From: Cycas panzhihuaensis
Lineage: Eukaryota > Plantae > Cycadophyta
NCBI GenBank assembly: GCA_023213395.1
Contig: CM041465.1
Span: 127,169,741-127,233,740 of the forward strand
Direction of reading: 5' to 3'
Length of the DNA: 64,000 bases
The position numbers and the translations under genes are program-made. This document shows positions 27,801 to 40,994 of the stretch, in pieces; position 1 is the stretch's first letter, and each line of letters opens with the position of its first letter. The notes beneath the pieces are model-generated. The model did no database searches. It was not told where the DNA came from and saw only the letters and a list, made by a program, of their open reading frames with translations.

Positions 27801-29227
27801 TTCCTCTTTCGAGACTCCTACCTAACAAAAGGATCAGTTATGCTATTTCTGCTTCATTTCTCTTATCTCCTCTTATAATCTCAACGGGAGGGGATCGTGT
27901 CCTCCAGCTTGGGCATCCATTTCTACTTCAAAATCTAGTGCCAAATCTCGAGCATTCTTAAAGGACTTCAATAGATGTGCATGCATCATAGATCTTAACT
28001 TTTCATTTAATCCTCTGACAAAATAATTCTTTATGTTTTGGTTTGTCACTATCTCATTGATCATATTGGTAGCAATGATTTTCATTCAGCTGATATAAGT
28101 CAATATTGATTCTCCTAGTCTTTATTTGATTTCCCTTAAAGTAATTTCTACTACTTCATTATTTTAGAATTTCTCAAACCTTTCCTCAAAAGACTTCTTT
28201 ATCTTGGCCAATGTATCTTTCTTATTCAACTCCTTGTAGCATGCCAATGGTACTCCCCTCAATATACAAGAGAAGATGGCCTTTATTTCATCTTCATCTG
28301 TGATTTTCTTTATATCAATCAAGTTTTGGAATAAATATGTGTGCTTTGCTACATCTGAGGTATCATTAAAGATCAATTTCCCAAAATCTTTGTGGTCATC
28401 CATCTTTGGTGACTGTACTGGCATTCCACCTAGTGGTGATTCTTCTCAGTTTTCCTCCTCAAGGGATTCTACTTCTTCCTCTTTAGCCTTCTCTTTAGGT
28501 GTTGTGTTTAGAGTGCTTACTGCAACGTTCTCCCTTCCAAATAGTGGATTTTTTAATGGTGTCTTTAGGTGTATAGGTTCTGACACACCTGGTACTTGTA
28601 CTGTCAATGGTGTAACCATTATATATGATTAGTCAGATCCTTTATCTATCGAATCCTCAAAAAGTTATCTTGTTAACTTATTTTCCCAATATACTGAGGG
28701 ACCTTCCTCTACCTTCTTCTTGTTATCACTTAAGTCCTTCAAGGTATCTTCCACAGGTATATTATCCTCCTTCCTTAGGGTGTCTTTATGGTCCTAATTC
28801 ACTTTTAGTTTTTCTTCCCTTTCTGGACTAAATAGATCATACTTGATTGGGGCAGATGTTAATACCATTTGCTCATTATTGTATACCTCTCCTTACTCTA
28901 AAAGTGTCTGGGCTCTACTTGCCTTAGATTCTTCAACAAACTATCCTTTAGCCTCGTTATTATACAAACTTAGTCTTTTTACCCTTCTTAATTTTGACTC
29001 TTTTGACCATCGTAATGCTCTTTGTCTACTTGTCTCTTTCCCCTTAGGTGAAATGTCCTTTTATGGCTTTCCCACCTTCGAAGGCCTCTTAGGTGGCATT
29101 GGAAGGTCCCCTGGCTACTGGAGGCTTAGTTATAGCCTGCCATCATGACGACAGCCAAGTTCCTTTGTCCTTTGAACATGCTCCCCCTTATGAAACTCCT
29201 AGCCTTAGTCCCTCCTTAGTGGACGTA

Positions 29228-29240
29228 GACAACAGAACCA
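29228..29240 (-). promoter_or_regulatory. Primer binding site, probably tRNA-Glu
   Basis: TGGTTCTGTTGTC 1 nt after the LTR end; two C>T changes from TGGTTCCGTTGCC, the complement of the plant tRNA-Glu 3' end as recalled. Confidence 0.6.
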
Positions 29241-29241
29241 A

Positions 29242-30020
29242 TGTTGAATTTGGGTATCTCACTACACTCGTGAGATTAGTACACTTGTCAAGGTAACATA
29301 GGTTATCTAGTCTAGGATACATGCAACATATTCATCCACATAAATCACACAGATTTATTCACAATTCCACACAAACATGTCACAGCTTACACACAACAAT
29401 ACAGTAATCAACATATATTCGACATCCAATCTTCATAAAACACATAGAATCCACATTTCTATGTAGCTCTTATTTTATTAAGCAATAAATCTTTGTACAC
29501 AAGGTGTTGGAATGCATTCCTTGTGCATTCCATCCATATACACCAATGTTGTCACATGGATACCCGGAAGGTATACATCATTATACACTACTTCGTGCTA
29601 TTATCATAAGTACTAGCGTCTGTACCATTGAGTGTCTGAATACTTGGCTCTTACCCTTAATCGAATGATCCTTGTGAAGTCTCTTAAATATGCCTCCTTG
29701 GTGTCCTTTGGCTGAAGGCTTATGACTCCCTGTCATAATTATATCTTTTTAGTCATAAGTGTACCTCTTATTAACCATTAGTTAACCTTCTTAACTGTTG
29801 TCTCTTAACCATCCATATGTCTGTACGTACATCTGACATCATCTCAGGTATCCATCTATCTAATTCTGTCATGTGTACCTTTTCTATTTGCTTGCATACT
29901 ACTGGAGGTACGTATACTATGTTGTATACCTCTTCAGGTACGCACCTGTCATATGTACCCAAAATATTATTTTTTCCACTTTTCTCCTCATAGCCCAGCA
30001 TTTCAAATTATGTCCCAACA
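29242..30020 (-). repeat. 5' LTR of the 20070-30020 element
   Basis: TGTTG...CAACA termini, adjacent PBS, flanking TSD. Confidence 0.9.
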
Positions 30021-30860
30021 TCAATGTTAAAATCTAACTTATAGACTAGGTCCTTCTATGAATAAGAAAAGCCCTACACCTAAATAATAAGAAAGTAAAG
30101 AGAATATTTGTAAATATAATCTAGTATATAATTTTAGGTTGGATGAGAATAGTATATAGTCCTAACTAATGTAAGACTTATAGCCTACAAGTTTAGGGAT
30201 TTATAATTTAATGTATAAATTCCTTTCATATGGAGGATATTAATGCATGAAACCAAGAAACTTATGCCTAAACCTAATCCTCTCTCTCTCTCTCTCTCTT
30301 GCGTAATGAACTAATTAAGGAAAGGAGGAGAAAAAAATAATTGACTAATATATTTCATCTATGACCTCCTCTTACCTCTCTTCATCTTCTTCTTAATTTG
30401 CTCCACCAACTTGAATATTTTCTCTTTCACTTACACTCTCATCATCTCTAGGCTACCTTGGCCCTTAGTCTTATGTCAATACTTGCATAATACCTTTAAT
30501 CACTCTTACTAATTTTTTCATATCCTTATAAAGACCGACATATCTTTCTCTTATCTTTATAGCTTATCCTTAAGCTTTTCCACTTGAAAACCTTTAAACT
30601 TTGTTAGTTTCTTTGAATAAAATAATGTAATCCTTTAATTATTGACTTCAAATCTCAACTCTTTAGAGGTTTAGTATAGTTGTAATACCAATGAATATAG
30701 TAGGCTATAGAAGAACCTGACCACTTATAAAAAGATAGATCCCATTGTGGATAAGTTAGTATGGCCTTATTAATATTAATGACCTATCTCACATAAATGT
30801 GAGTTAATTTGTCAATACCCATATTTAACTTTAATAAGCCTCAAGTTAAATAAAGGCCAC

Positions 30861-30922
30861 CACTCTTAATAGGACAAATAAAATTCACTCAACTCTTAAT
30901 AGGACAAATAAAATTTACTCAA
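30861..30922. repeat. 30-bp tandem duplication
   Basis: ctcttaataggacaaataaaatt(c/t)actcaa twice. Confidence 0.85.
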
Positions 30923-31264
30923 ATCTTCAAACTACATTTATGAGCACATAGTTGAGATAGCTACCCTCTACCAGACTATTTAGAATACAAATTAAAAAAC
31001 TTGACTCATATTAGGGCATAAAACTATTTCTCTTATCCAATGATAAAATCTAGGTAGAAAGAAGATAGCCCTCTTATTAATGAGAGAAGAAGCTATATGA
31101 AAGAGGCTATAAGAACACAAAATAATTTACTATAATGCATATATATGTAATTTATATTGAATAAAAGTATAATAGAAGCTTATCCTAGAGTTAAGCCTTT
31201 AACCCAACAGATTCATGGTATTAACTATTGAAGTTGGAGTAGCTAGTACAACCATGGTCTAATT

Positions 31265-33952
31265 ATGTAGTTTCTTTCTTTTATGCATTAACATTCTCGA
31301 TATGAAAGGAATTTATACATGTAATTGTTATTTCCTGAACATGTAGGCCATATGTCTTGCACTAGCTAGGAATATATACCACTTGCATCCAAAATAAAAT
31401 TGCATATTAGATTATATTTAGAGATATTCTCCTTGCTCTCTCATTCTTTAGGTGTAAGATTTTTCTTAGTTAAAGAAGGGCCTAGTCTATAAGTTAGAAT
31501 TTAACATTGACCTTAGCTCTAATATTTTACCTGAAGTGAAATATGATCATGCCAAATTTTGACTAGGCTATTAGTTGGTAGTTATTTCAACTATGCATGG
31601 TTAAGAGAGATGAGCAAGTACTATATATCTTTTTTAGAGTAACTTTTATCCATTTCATTCCACCTTAAAGATTTTATTGTATGGAGTCAGATGTTAGCAA
31701 CACCATAGCCCTACATATACTTATGATGGGACTAGTGTTTTATGTCTCTATTCACGACAACCTTGAAATAAAGTTAGTGGTTAATTACAAAGAGAACTCT
31801 TATACACTTATGGTGAATATTATAGTATGGATTATAGTTTATTGATAATGTTAACCTCAATCTAGTCCACTATACAAATTCATATTAGATATAATGCACT
31901 TATAATAGAAGACATATATGTATATACCATTTTAGTATTAATATAGCTTTTGTGATGTGGGGTAGTAAGAAGCAACCAAATTTTGTACTCTTCTTAACTA
32001 AAAAAGAGTATGAGGTTGCTATTTTAATAACCTCAAAAGCCATTTGGATTAAATAGATTCTTAATTATATGTGCATTCATTAAGAGGATACATCAACATT
32101 ATACTGTGATAATTAGAGTATACTAAATCTAGCTAGAGTATTTATAACTTGAACATTCCTATAGGAAATAACTTTTATGTGGACTTTATGTTGATTCTAT
32201 TAGTATGGAATCAAATATTGCTGGGGTAAATAATTCTTCTTAGCTTTAAGCTAGTTTGATAGCCTAGGATTCTATCAAACTCCACTCGTGAGGAGAATAG
32301 TCATATCAAGTAAATCTTCAATGAGTTGCCTCTTAGTTTCACCTAGTATTACAGTGGGTTGAGGTAAATAAATCTTGATGTGGATTCTTAAAGAATATTA
32401 ACCATTCTAAGGGGCATGCATTAGGATTTCTTGACTTTACATTTTGATGATCAATTTCTTACTTATACAATATAATTAGGATATTGTCCCTTTGTAGATA
32501 ATTTTCTTAGATGTAACTGAGTTCTTATTTGTCTTAATGACCTTGTTGTAGAACTACTAAAATGGCTTAGTTCATGATTTATGAGGCAAAGTATAATATA
32601 GTTGGTATTTTGTGGTGGGTTCCATGCATAGTAAAGTTGTGTCTTATAAATATGCACTAAATGTATCATATCAAAATATACTAATTATGTTGTATATCAT
32701 GAAGTTATAACGTTATCTTCATGTTAATCTAAGGTAACTTAAGGCTACCATTATGATCTTGGTGTTTATTTGTTTATTTCATTTATGCATTACTATTTTC
32801 TATTAATTTATTTTTCTACATGGCATTAGAGCCATTATGAGAAGCAAGGTACATAACAAGTATTTTATTCTATATGACTTTTATTTGTTAAATTTATGTA
32901 ATGATGGTTTCATAGATCTTATTTGTTAGTTGCACATGGTATATTATTTCTATTATTTTAGGGTTTAAGATAGAAACCCTAACCCTAAATGTGAGAAAAA
33001 AAGTTTGAGTACTACTTGTAGTTCACTTTTAGGAGTATAAATGAAAACATTTTGAAAAAATAATTATGAGTTTGAGTTGATTAGGACTATTGTATAAATT
33101 TTAAGTGGTTATATGGTAAACAATTCCTCTTGTAGACACATGTATACCAATGCTAATATGAGTAGAGGGATAAAAGAGAATTTGAGACTAGATAAAGAGG
33201 TTGTATGCAAGCATTAAGACAAATAAAGAGGGGAGAAAAAAATAATTAAGTTATGCTAGCATCTAGCCAAAATATAAAATAGAATAATTAAACAAACAAG
33301 AAAGCAACTATATCATAAAGGAAAGAAATCAAAGCTAACTAATTAAAGCCTCATCAAAAAGAGCAAATGATACTTAAGAGAGGTCCTAAGAACTAGAAGG
33401 ACCACCATGGTAGTTATGCCCTAAATGATGGTAAATCCTATGAGCTTATCTTAAGAATTCTAATCTCTTAAAGGTTAATGACCTCTACCTATCCCACCCT
33501 CCTAATGCCACTATGCATCAACTCAATCTAAATTAAGGAGGATTGATAGGAGGTGAGATAAAGAAGGAATTAGATGATTGGATTAGCTTAATCATGGATA
33601 AGTTGATGAGGATTACTTATTCTAGTGAAAACTTGCTCATGAATATAAAAGGTCTAGAAGATATTGCATCCAATTTCAATAAATATTTGTGACTATTAGA
33701 AGAGAAGATGGACGAAACTATTCTCAATGAGGTGTATGGTGCTTATTCAACTCTCCTAATTATATAATGTTAGGATAATCTTCTATTACTAAATCATTCA
33801 AAGCATAGCAAAGACATGACCTAACCTTAGGTGCAAGGTTATCCTACTCCACTAGTGATAAAATCTAGATGGAACATCAAGTAACCCCTCCTTCAGCACA
33901 TGCAAAGAACCTACTATAAATGAGACTATAAGAGCAAAGAGTATAATCTAAT
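31265..33952 (+). repeat. Composite repeat: 31265-32570 is the inverted partner of 19100-20069+30026-30260; 32328-33952 matches 6230-7882
   Basis: Alignments by eye; contains a Copia RNase H remnant (FVMWGSKKQP ~31948) and the Met PBS. Confidence 0.75.
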
Positions 33953-36900
33953 GTAAATATATACATGTGAATTTAGATATATGAAACAAGTCAATCTAAT
34001 CTAAGTACACAACTTTAATGTGGTCAATTATACTTATTCTTTGTTTTCAATTCCTACTAAATAGAAATATTTATCTATTTATTAAATCCACACCCACTTG
34101 CATGTTTTTTACTCAATACTAGAGTATTGAATCATGACCATCTCTAGTCCTTTTTTTGTGATTGTATAAATTGTATGCAATTAAAATATGCTTACAATCT
34201 AACCACTTTTTATTCTCTAATATGTTAGATTAAAATAATCATTCTAGTGTATCTTTGCATCGATTCATTTATGATATTTACTTAAAATTTTATATTTTAA
34301 ACCCTTGATTATTTCTTATACCTTAGTTATTGTTATATGTTTAATAATTGATTCCAGTTAACTCGGGCATGTAAAAATCTTTGGCATAAATCCATTTTTT
34401 GTTAGACCATATTATTATATTTGTCCTACCTTTTGTTTAGTTTTTAAATAAATCTTATCATCCCTACCATTCAAATTTACTTTTGTGTCTTTAGCGATTT
34501 ACATATTCATAAGACTTCTAATTATATGAGCATTATTATTCTACTTAATTAACTAATTAAATCAATAGCTTTCATTATAAGGCTAATTAAGATCTAATAT
34601 ATGAATATTGGAGAAGAGAAAGTGAGTGTAATAACTACTTGTTTTTGTGTAGCAATAGCTAAATGTACAGAATATTTTTATCAATAATAACATAGGAAAT
34701 GGAACCATATATTATATATTATCAACACCTTATGCTAAGGTGATGAGGGTAGCCTATAAGAAAAAGATTTAATCTTTCATGCACAAACCTAAAATAAGAA
34801 AGACTCCAAAGAATAAAAAGAGTCATTTTACTTTGAATTCCATTCCATTCCATTCAATCTACCAAAAGATAGTCTAAAATTATATTTATATAAGTGAAAG
34901 TAGTAAGTCTACAAACTTCTAATCCTAACCCTAAAAACTCCTCAATTATGTAAAATAATATACTAGACCACTAAGGAACATTATATAAAAGTGAAAACTA
35001 CTCTAAAATTAACTAGTATTTTTAGATATACAAAATAAATCTTAAATTTTAGGCATTTTTAGAACATTTTTTAATAGGTATACTCTAGACCTACGATGGG
35101 CCTTTGGCCCTATCCTATGACATTTTCACCTATTTTACTGGAATAGACCTTTGATTTAGCACTAAAAGGACTAAATTTTGTCTTCCAAGTCAAAAGTTAT
35201 GCTTCAATTAATAAACCCCATAATTTAGATCAAAGTAATTAAATAAGTGAAAAATAGATGGAGTTATGATGAAGGTCTAAATGTTCCCACATCATCCTCC
35301 CTAAATTAAAATTAATTCTTTCCCTACAAGTTATTATAATAAATTCCTCGTCATTTGTTAAGATTCAACTGCTTCAGTTTTTCTTTAATGATCCAAGTTG
35401 TGAGAATAGGTACAGGCACAATGTCTCCAGGATCAAAAAGATAAAAAATTATAGAAAAATAGACATTGCACATGTACACAGATTTTGCCAAATGGAAAAC
35501 CCTTTCTGGGGAAGAAAAACCACCTTCTAATCTAAAATTTTATTAAGATCAGAAGCTATACATAAAACCATAATAAACATACCCTCTACACAATAAACCA
35601 ACCTTTGAAACAGGCTTTGGAGAATCCCCTAGATTCTTATAAACACCTCCTTGAATCTATGAGAGGATATTAATAACAAGAAATATTCATTGAAATGCAC
35701 AGTTGTGCATTTCAAAGACCTTTCACATAATGATTGAATAATAACTTAAACTTTTAAATTGAAAACTTTGAGTTACTTAAATATTTATTTACACATGTGA
35801 CTTAAAATATAATATAATAATAAAAGTAATATTAATAATCCTAACATCACCCTTTAATATTAACTCTTATAATATAGAAAAATAAGGTCTTCATCACATT
35901 GATTCCCCTTTGATGGAGACTTTTTTTATCTTTAATAAATCTTGCAGGTTTAGAAACTTGACTTTAGTCAAAGACTTTGTGAGTATGTCAACAACCTATA
36001 GATCTTTGGGACAATAAGACAAATGAATAATATTATTAGTAACAAGGTTACAAATAAAATGCTAATATAATTCTATATATTTAGTTCTAGAATGTACAGC
36101 CAAATTTGTAGCAATAGCAATGGCACCTTGATTATCAACGTTAAGTTTTATGGAAAAGTTAGGAGTCAGACCAATTTCATTTAGAAGAGATTTGAGCCAA
36201 AACACTTCTTTACTGGCTTCAACGAGTGCTCGATGTTTAGCTTCATTCGTTGATAAAGCTAATGCCTATATTTTTTTACTAGACCAAGTAATATATGAAG
36301 AATCTATAAAAAATACATAACTTGATGTAGACTTACGATCATTTGTATCACCTACCTAATCTAAATCAGTATATCCTATTAAAGTTAGAGGTTTACTGCA
36401 AAAATTATAAGTTAGTCTATAAAAAATAGTGTTTTGAAAATATCATAATATTTGTTTAGCAGCTTTCCAATGTAATTCATGTGGCTTTTGCATATAACGT
36501 GAACATAAAATGATAGCATAAGATATATTAGGGTAGGTATGAGTTAAATAAATAAGACTACCAATTAGTTGTCTATATAATGTTGGATCACATAAAGGTG
36601 TAGAACAATCAATAGATAGTTTTACTCCTGATTGTAATTGATTAGAGATAGGTTTAGCATTTTCCATGTTAAATTGTTTAATTAAGTCTAAAATGTATTT
36701 AGGTTGGGATATAGTTATTTTTGAATCATTTTGATAAATTTGTAATTTAAGAAAATAATGTAGGAGACATCAATTAGTCATTTCAAATTTATTCATTAAA
36801 GTAGTTTTTAAGTGATGAGTGTTATTTGTTGATGATTTATTAATGATGATATCATCAATATATATAATTAAAATGGTAATATTATCGTTTTCTTATTTGA

Positions 36901-38417
36901 AATAAAGATTTGGATCACTAATACATCTAGTGTATCTAATTTGAATTAGATAATCATTAACTTTAGTGTACCAAGCTCAAGGAGCTTATTTTAATCCATA
37001 AATAGATTTCTTTAGTTTACAAAATAAATTAGAATTATCAATAAAGCTAGGTGGTTGAGACATATAGATCTCTTACTTGAGATCACCATTCAGAAATACG
37101 CTCTTTACATCTATTTGATGGATTTTTCAACTAAATTTGGCTACTAGAGTAATAATTATTTTAATTGTATTCATCTTTATAATAGGGGCAAAGGTTTCGT
37201 TATAATCAATGCCATTTATTTGAGAAAATCCTTTGCGACTAGGCGAGCTTTATATTTTTCAACTATGCCTGCTGAGTTATATTTAGTTCTATAAACCCAT
37301 TTACAGTCAACTACATTTTTTCCCGGTGGGAGCGGTATGAGATCCCAAGTTAAACTTTTGATTAAAGCATCAAATTCAACTTGCATAGCTTCCTGCCATA
37401 CATAATTATTGCTAGCTTATTTAAAGGTTTTAAGATCATTATTATCCATTATTTTGGCCATTAAGGCATAATTAGCATGTAATTTTTGGGCACGTGTTTG
37501 CCTAGTATCTGAAGGATTACCTACATCAGATCTAGCATTAGTAAGTATTTTCTTTGTCCATACAAGTTGTTTGTTGGTAACTATTTATATAGTTGCAGGT
37601 TGATTTGAGGAGCTAGCTTGAGAAGAAGAGTCTATATCAGTAGGTTCAGTTAGAGTCCAATTACGAACTTAAGTAGATAAGGATTCTATGATTTTAGGAT
37701 CAACTTGTTTATCAGAGGGGTCAACCAAATAGGTGTTGGTTAACAGATTTTCATCTGGAAGTTCTACATAAGTAGAGGTTGAAGAAGATCCTTCTTCATT
37801 AAATATGATATCACGCAGAATTAAAATTTGATGCGTGACTGGATCCAAAAGTCTATAAGATTTACTTTTTCATTATATCCAATGAAGATGTATTTTTTAC
37901 TCTTAGGATGTATATATATATATATAATCAAAAAGGAAATACGTAAACTCGATGTTTTTTTTTTTATTTGTTAATGAAAGTTATATTAAAAAAAATATTT
38001 AAGTCGGAGGGGGGTGGGGTTAAGAGGTGAAACCCTACCTGTGAATGATCATAGCGGCGCTCCTTGTTGTTGTAGATCAATTGATGACGGTGAGTATTCT
38101 TTGACTAGTTACGAAGATTAGTTGTAGGTTCTTCTTCGATTGTGTGTAGGTCTGGAACAACTACAGATTTGATGGCTTCATTGATGACATCTATCTTCAG
38201 TGGCATTACATCATGATTTAAATCTTTGCTTGACTAAAGGATTGCGGCCTCATACATAGGTATCATGCATTATAAATAGAGACTTTGATCTTGCTTGTTT
38301 TGTTTATTCAACATGCTCAGTTAGAATTCAAGAGTCCCAGTCTAGACCCACGTAAGGTTATACGGAAGCTTGGGGTTTCACAGCTAGAGTTTCTGCAACG
38401 GCTAGGGTTTGTTTGAG

Positions 38418-38713
38418 AGAATCAACTTCTTCCAAGATTGGTTTGACAATGGACCTCCTCTTGTATACTGGTTATCTGGGTTCTTCTTTACCCAGTCATT
38501 CTTAAGAGGAGCCAAATAAAATTATGCCTAAAGTGAGAAGATCTCATTGACATGCTCGATTTTAACTTCAGAGTTATGAATGATCTAGAGGAGTGTAAGG
38601 CCAAACCTAAGGTTGGGGTGTATGATCACGGCCTTTTCCTTGAAGGAGCCAGATGGGATTATTCATCCTATGTTCTTGGTGAATCAGACCCTAAGGAACT
38701 CAACTTTCCAGCT
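38418..38713 (+). pseudogene. Axonemal dynein heavy chain fragment (C-terminal domain)
   Basis: [70 protein letters not shown]; two stops and one frameshift. Confidence 0.9.
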
Positions 38714-38788
38714 CTGCTTCATGATTATATCAGAAGGTCTTTTTGATCAATTACTTGGAATAGCAGTTGCTAAGGAAAGACCCTAGAG
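38714..38788 (+). pseudogene. Second axonemal dynein heavy chain fragment (end of the AAA5 region)
   Basis: FMIISEGLFDQLLGIAVAKERP matches the conserved NFMITxEGLxDQLLGIVVAKERP motif; followed by GT and T-rich, intron-like sequence. Confidence 0.8.
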
Positions 38789-40404
38789 GTTCTTTCACAC
38801 TTAGTTTACTTTTCTATAGTTCTTATGGATCTGCCCATTATTGTCACTAAGGGGCATAATGCTACCCATGTGTATCATTACTTATTTGAATTCATCATAA
38901 AATATGGTTGGATCCACGATATATGATTCAACAATTGAAGTTGTGAGTCCCTATTAGAAAATAGTATTTGTTTTGAATGAATAAGTCCTATTTGATCTTT
39001 CAGATTTCTAAATTAGACATTATCGAAAGTTGTTATACTGCTTATAGAAAACTTTCAAAAATAGAGGAGAAACTAGTCATGCATTCAAAGAAATCAACAA
39101 GAAATTGATTCTTCTAGTAGGTCAAATACCATGTGAGAATAGGTATAGGCATAATGTCTCCAAGATTAAAAAGATAAATAATTATAGAAAAATAGATATT
39201 GCACATGTACACGGATTTTTCTAGGTGGAAAACCCCTTCTGGAGAAGAAAAACCACCTCTTAATATAATTTTTTATTAATATCAGAAGCTATATATGAAA
39301 CCATAATAAACATACCCTCTACACAATAAACTGGCCTTTGAAATAGGCTTTAGACAACCCCCTAGATTCTCAAAACCACCTCCTTGAATCTAGGACAACC
39401 ACCTTTCACATAATGATTAAATCATGACTTAAACTTTTAAATTGAAACCTTTGAGTCACTTAAATATTTATTTATACATGTGACATAAAATATAACATAA
39501 TAATAAAAGTAACATTAATAATCCTAACACAAGTATTTTCTACTTATGGCAAACCTTTCCACTGCATTGGGTACTTGTTATAATTTTCTTATCATATACT
39601 TCTTGTCTTCATATTTAATATCTGATTATTTTCTTCTCACTTCTTCCTTGATATTTGGGGCTCCCAACTTACTACTTTGCTTTCATAATCTACTCCTTCA
39701 TCTCTTTCATGATATGTATATAAATCTGAAACATTAAAAATAAAAGAGATATCAAAGTATTTAGGAAGATACACCTCATACGCATTATCATTAATCCTTT
39801 TTATAATCCAACATGGCATAACCTTTTGTATTTGAACTTGTTATAGGTCCCATGGGGTAATCTATCTTTCCTTAAGTAAACCATTACTAACTCACTTTCT
39901 TTAAATACCTTATATGTGTGGGTCATGTCTATTACTTCCTTGTACCTTTTGTTATAATCCTATAAAATTTCTCTTACCTCCTCATAAACCTATTATATAT
40001 GCTCTGTATAAGCTTTTACATTGTCACTCATATTTTTTTCCAATGGGTAGGTGTACTAAATCTAGTACACCCATTAGGTTTTTACCATACATAACTTAAA
40101 AAGATGACTTATGTATTAACCTATTTATAGAATTGTTATATGCAAATTCTATGTGGGCTAATGTTAAATCTTATTATTTGGCCTTCTCCCAAACAATGCA
40201 CCTTAGTAAGTCTTTCAAACTTTTATTTACCATTTCAATATGCCCATTAGTCTGTGGGTGGTAAGCATTACTATATTGGAGTTTTATTCCCAACTTCTTC
40301 TATAGAGTCTTCTAGAAATAACTTAAGAACTTTATATCCCAATATGAAGGAATAGTCTTAGGAATTCCATGTAACCTTGCAACCTCTTCAAAGAATATAT
40401 ATAT

Positions 40405-40994
40405 TGTTGGATATATAAAAATAATTATGAGGAGACTAAAATTTTAGACCATTTTCAACATAATTTTCCCCACTAATCTTTTCTCAAGGGGGTGTGGGGT
40501 GGCTTTACCCCCCAATAGTGTCACCAAGGGGTCCAAGGAGGGTAGTGACAGATATGGAGCCTCTCCTAGTAGGAGTTCAGAGGCAGTGCCTCTGAAGCAA
40601 AAAGATAAGGGTTCAAAACCTATTAAATTGTAAAGGGAATCTAGGTCATTCATTAAAAAAGACCTAGTCTTATGGCTACGATTGATGTACCTTCTTATAT
40701 AACCTATTTTAGGGTAATTATATTGTATTGTATTGTATTATGAGTGGATGGTTGTTGGTTGTTACTGATATGAGAATTCTATAGTGATTGCATTTATAAA
40801 TCTTTCATTCTTAACTAATAAAGACCAATGCCTTTCCTGTGTAGATGTTTCCTTAGCACTCCACTAGGGTTTTACCATGTTAAAGTTTATGTACTAGGTA
40901 ATGTGTATGCTTTCTTGTGTATGTTGAATGGTCTTTAGTTTTATATACTTATATTTATTATAGTTTCGAATCCTTGTTATTGTTGAAAAATACA
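40405..40994 (+). mobile_element. Solo LTR with TSD TATAT, inserted in the chromovirus integrase
   Basis: TGTTGG...TACA; TATAT at 40400-40404 and 40995-40999; similar to 60211-60767. Confidence 0.8.

Larger units (their letters stand above)
20070..30020 (-). mobile_element. Full-length decayed Ty3/Gypsy non-chromovirus (Athila-like) LTR retrotransposon, TSD TCAAT
   Basis: LTRs ~20070-20847 and 29242-30020; TCAAT at 20065-20069 and 30021-30025. gag ~27870-28430; protease ~26550-26880; RT (PFGLMNAPATFQR, VFLDDW) ~24690-25520; RNase H ~24070-24480; integrase (SVLWAFRTTYK..PFQLVYG) ~22760-23900; extra ORF remnant ~21400-21900. Confidence 0.93.
35399..39529 (-). mobile_element. Internally rearranged Ty1/Copia element with both LTRs and TSD CAAGT, carrying host gene fragments
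   Basis: LTRs 35399-35846 and 39132-39529 (TG...CA); CAAGT at 35394-35398 and 39530-39534. RT/RNase H ~35940-37480 (DPTLYRQLIGSLIYLTHT; TWDLIPLPPGKNVVDCKWVY); INT tail to ~37905; only TGGTAT of the PBS remains. Confidence 0.93.

Noticed and set aside
32957-32988. Telomeric repeat (TTTAGGG / AAACCCTAACCCTAAA)
   Set aside because: Only 1-3 isolated units inside a TE leader; not an array.
38552-38746. Functional dynein gene or exon
   Set aside because: Upstream stops and a frameshift, scrambled order, located inside a Copia, and no other dynein exons in the window.
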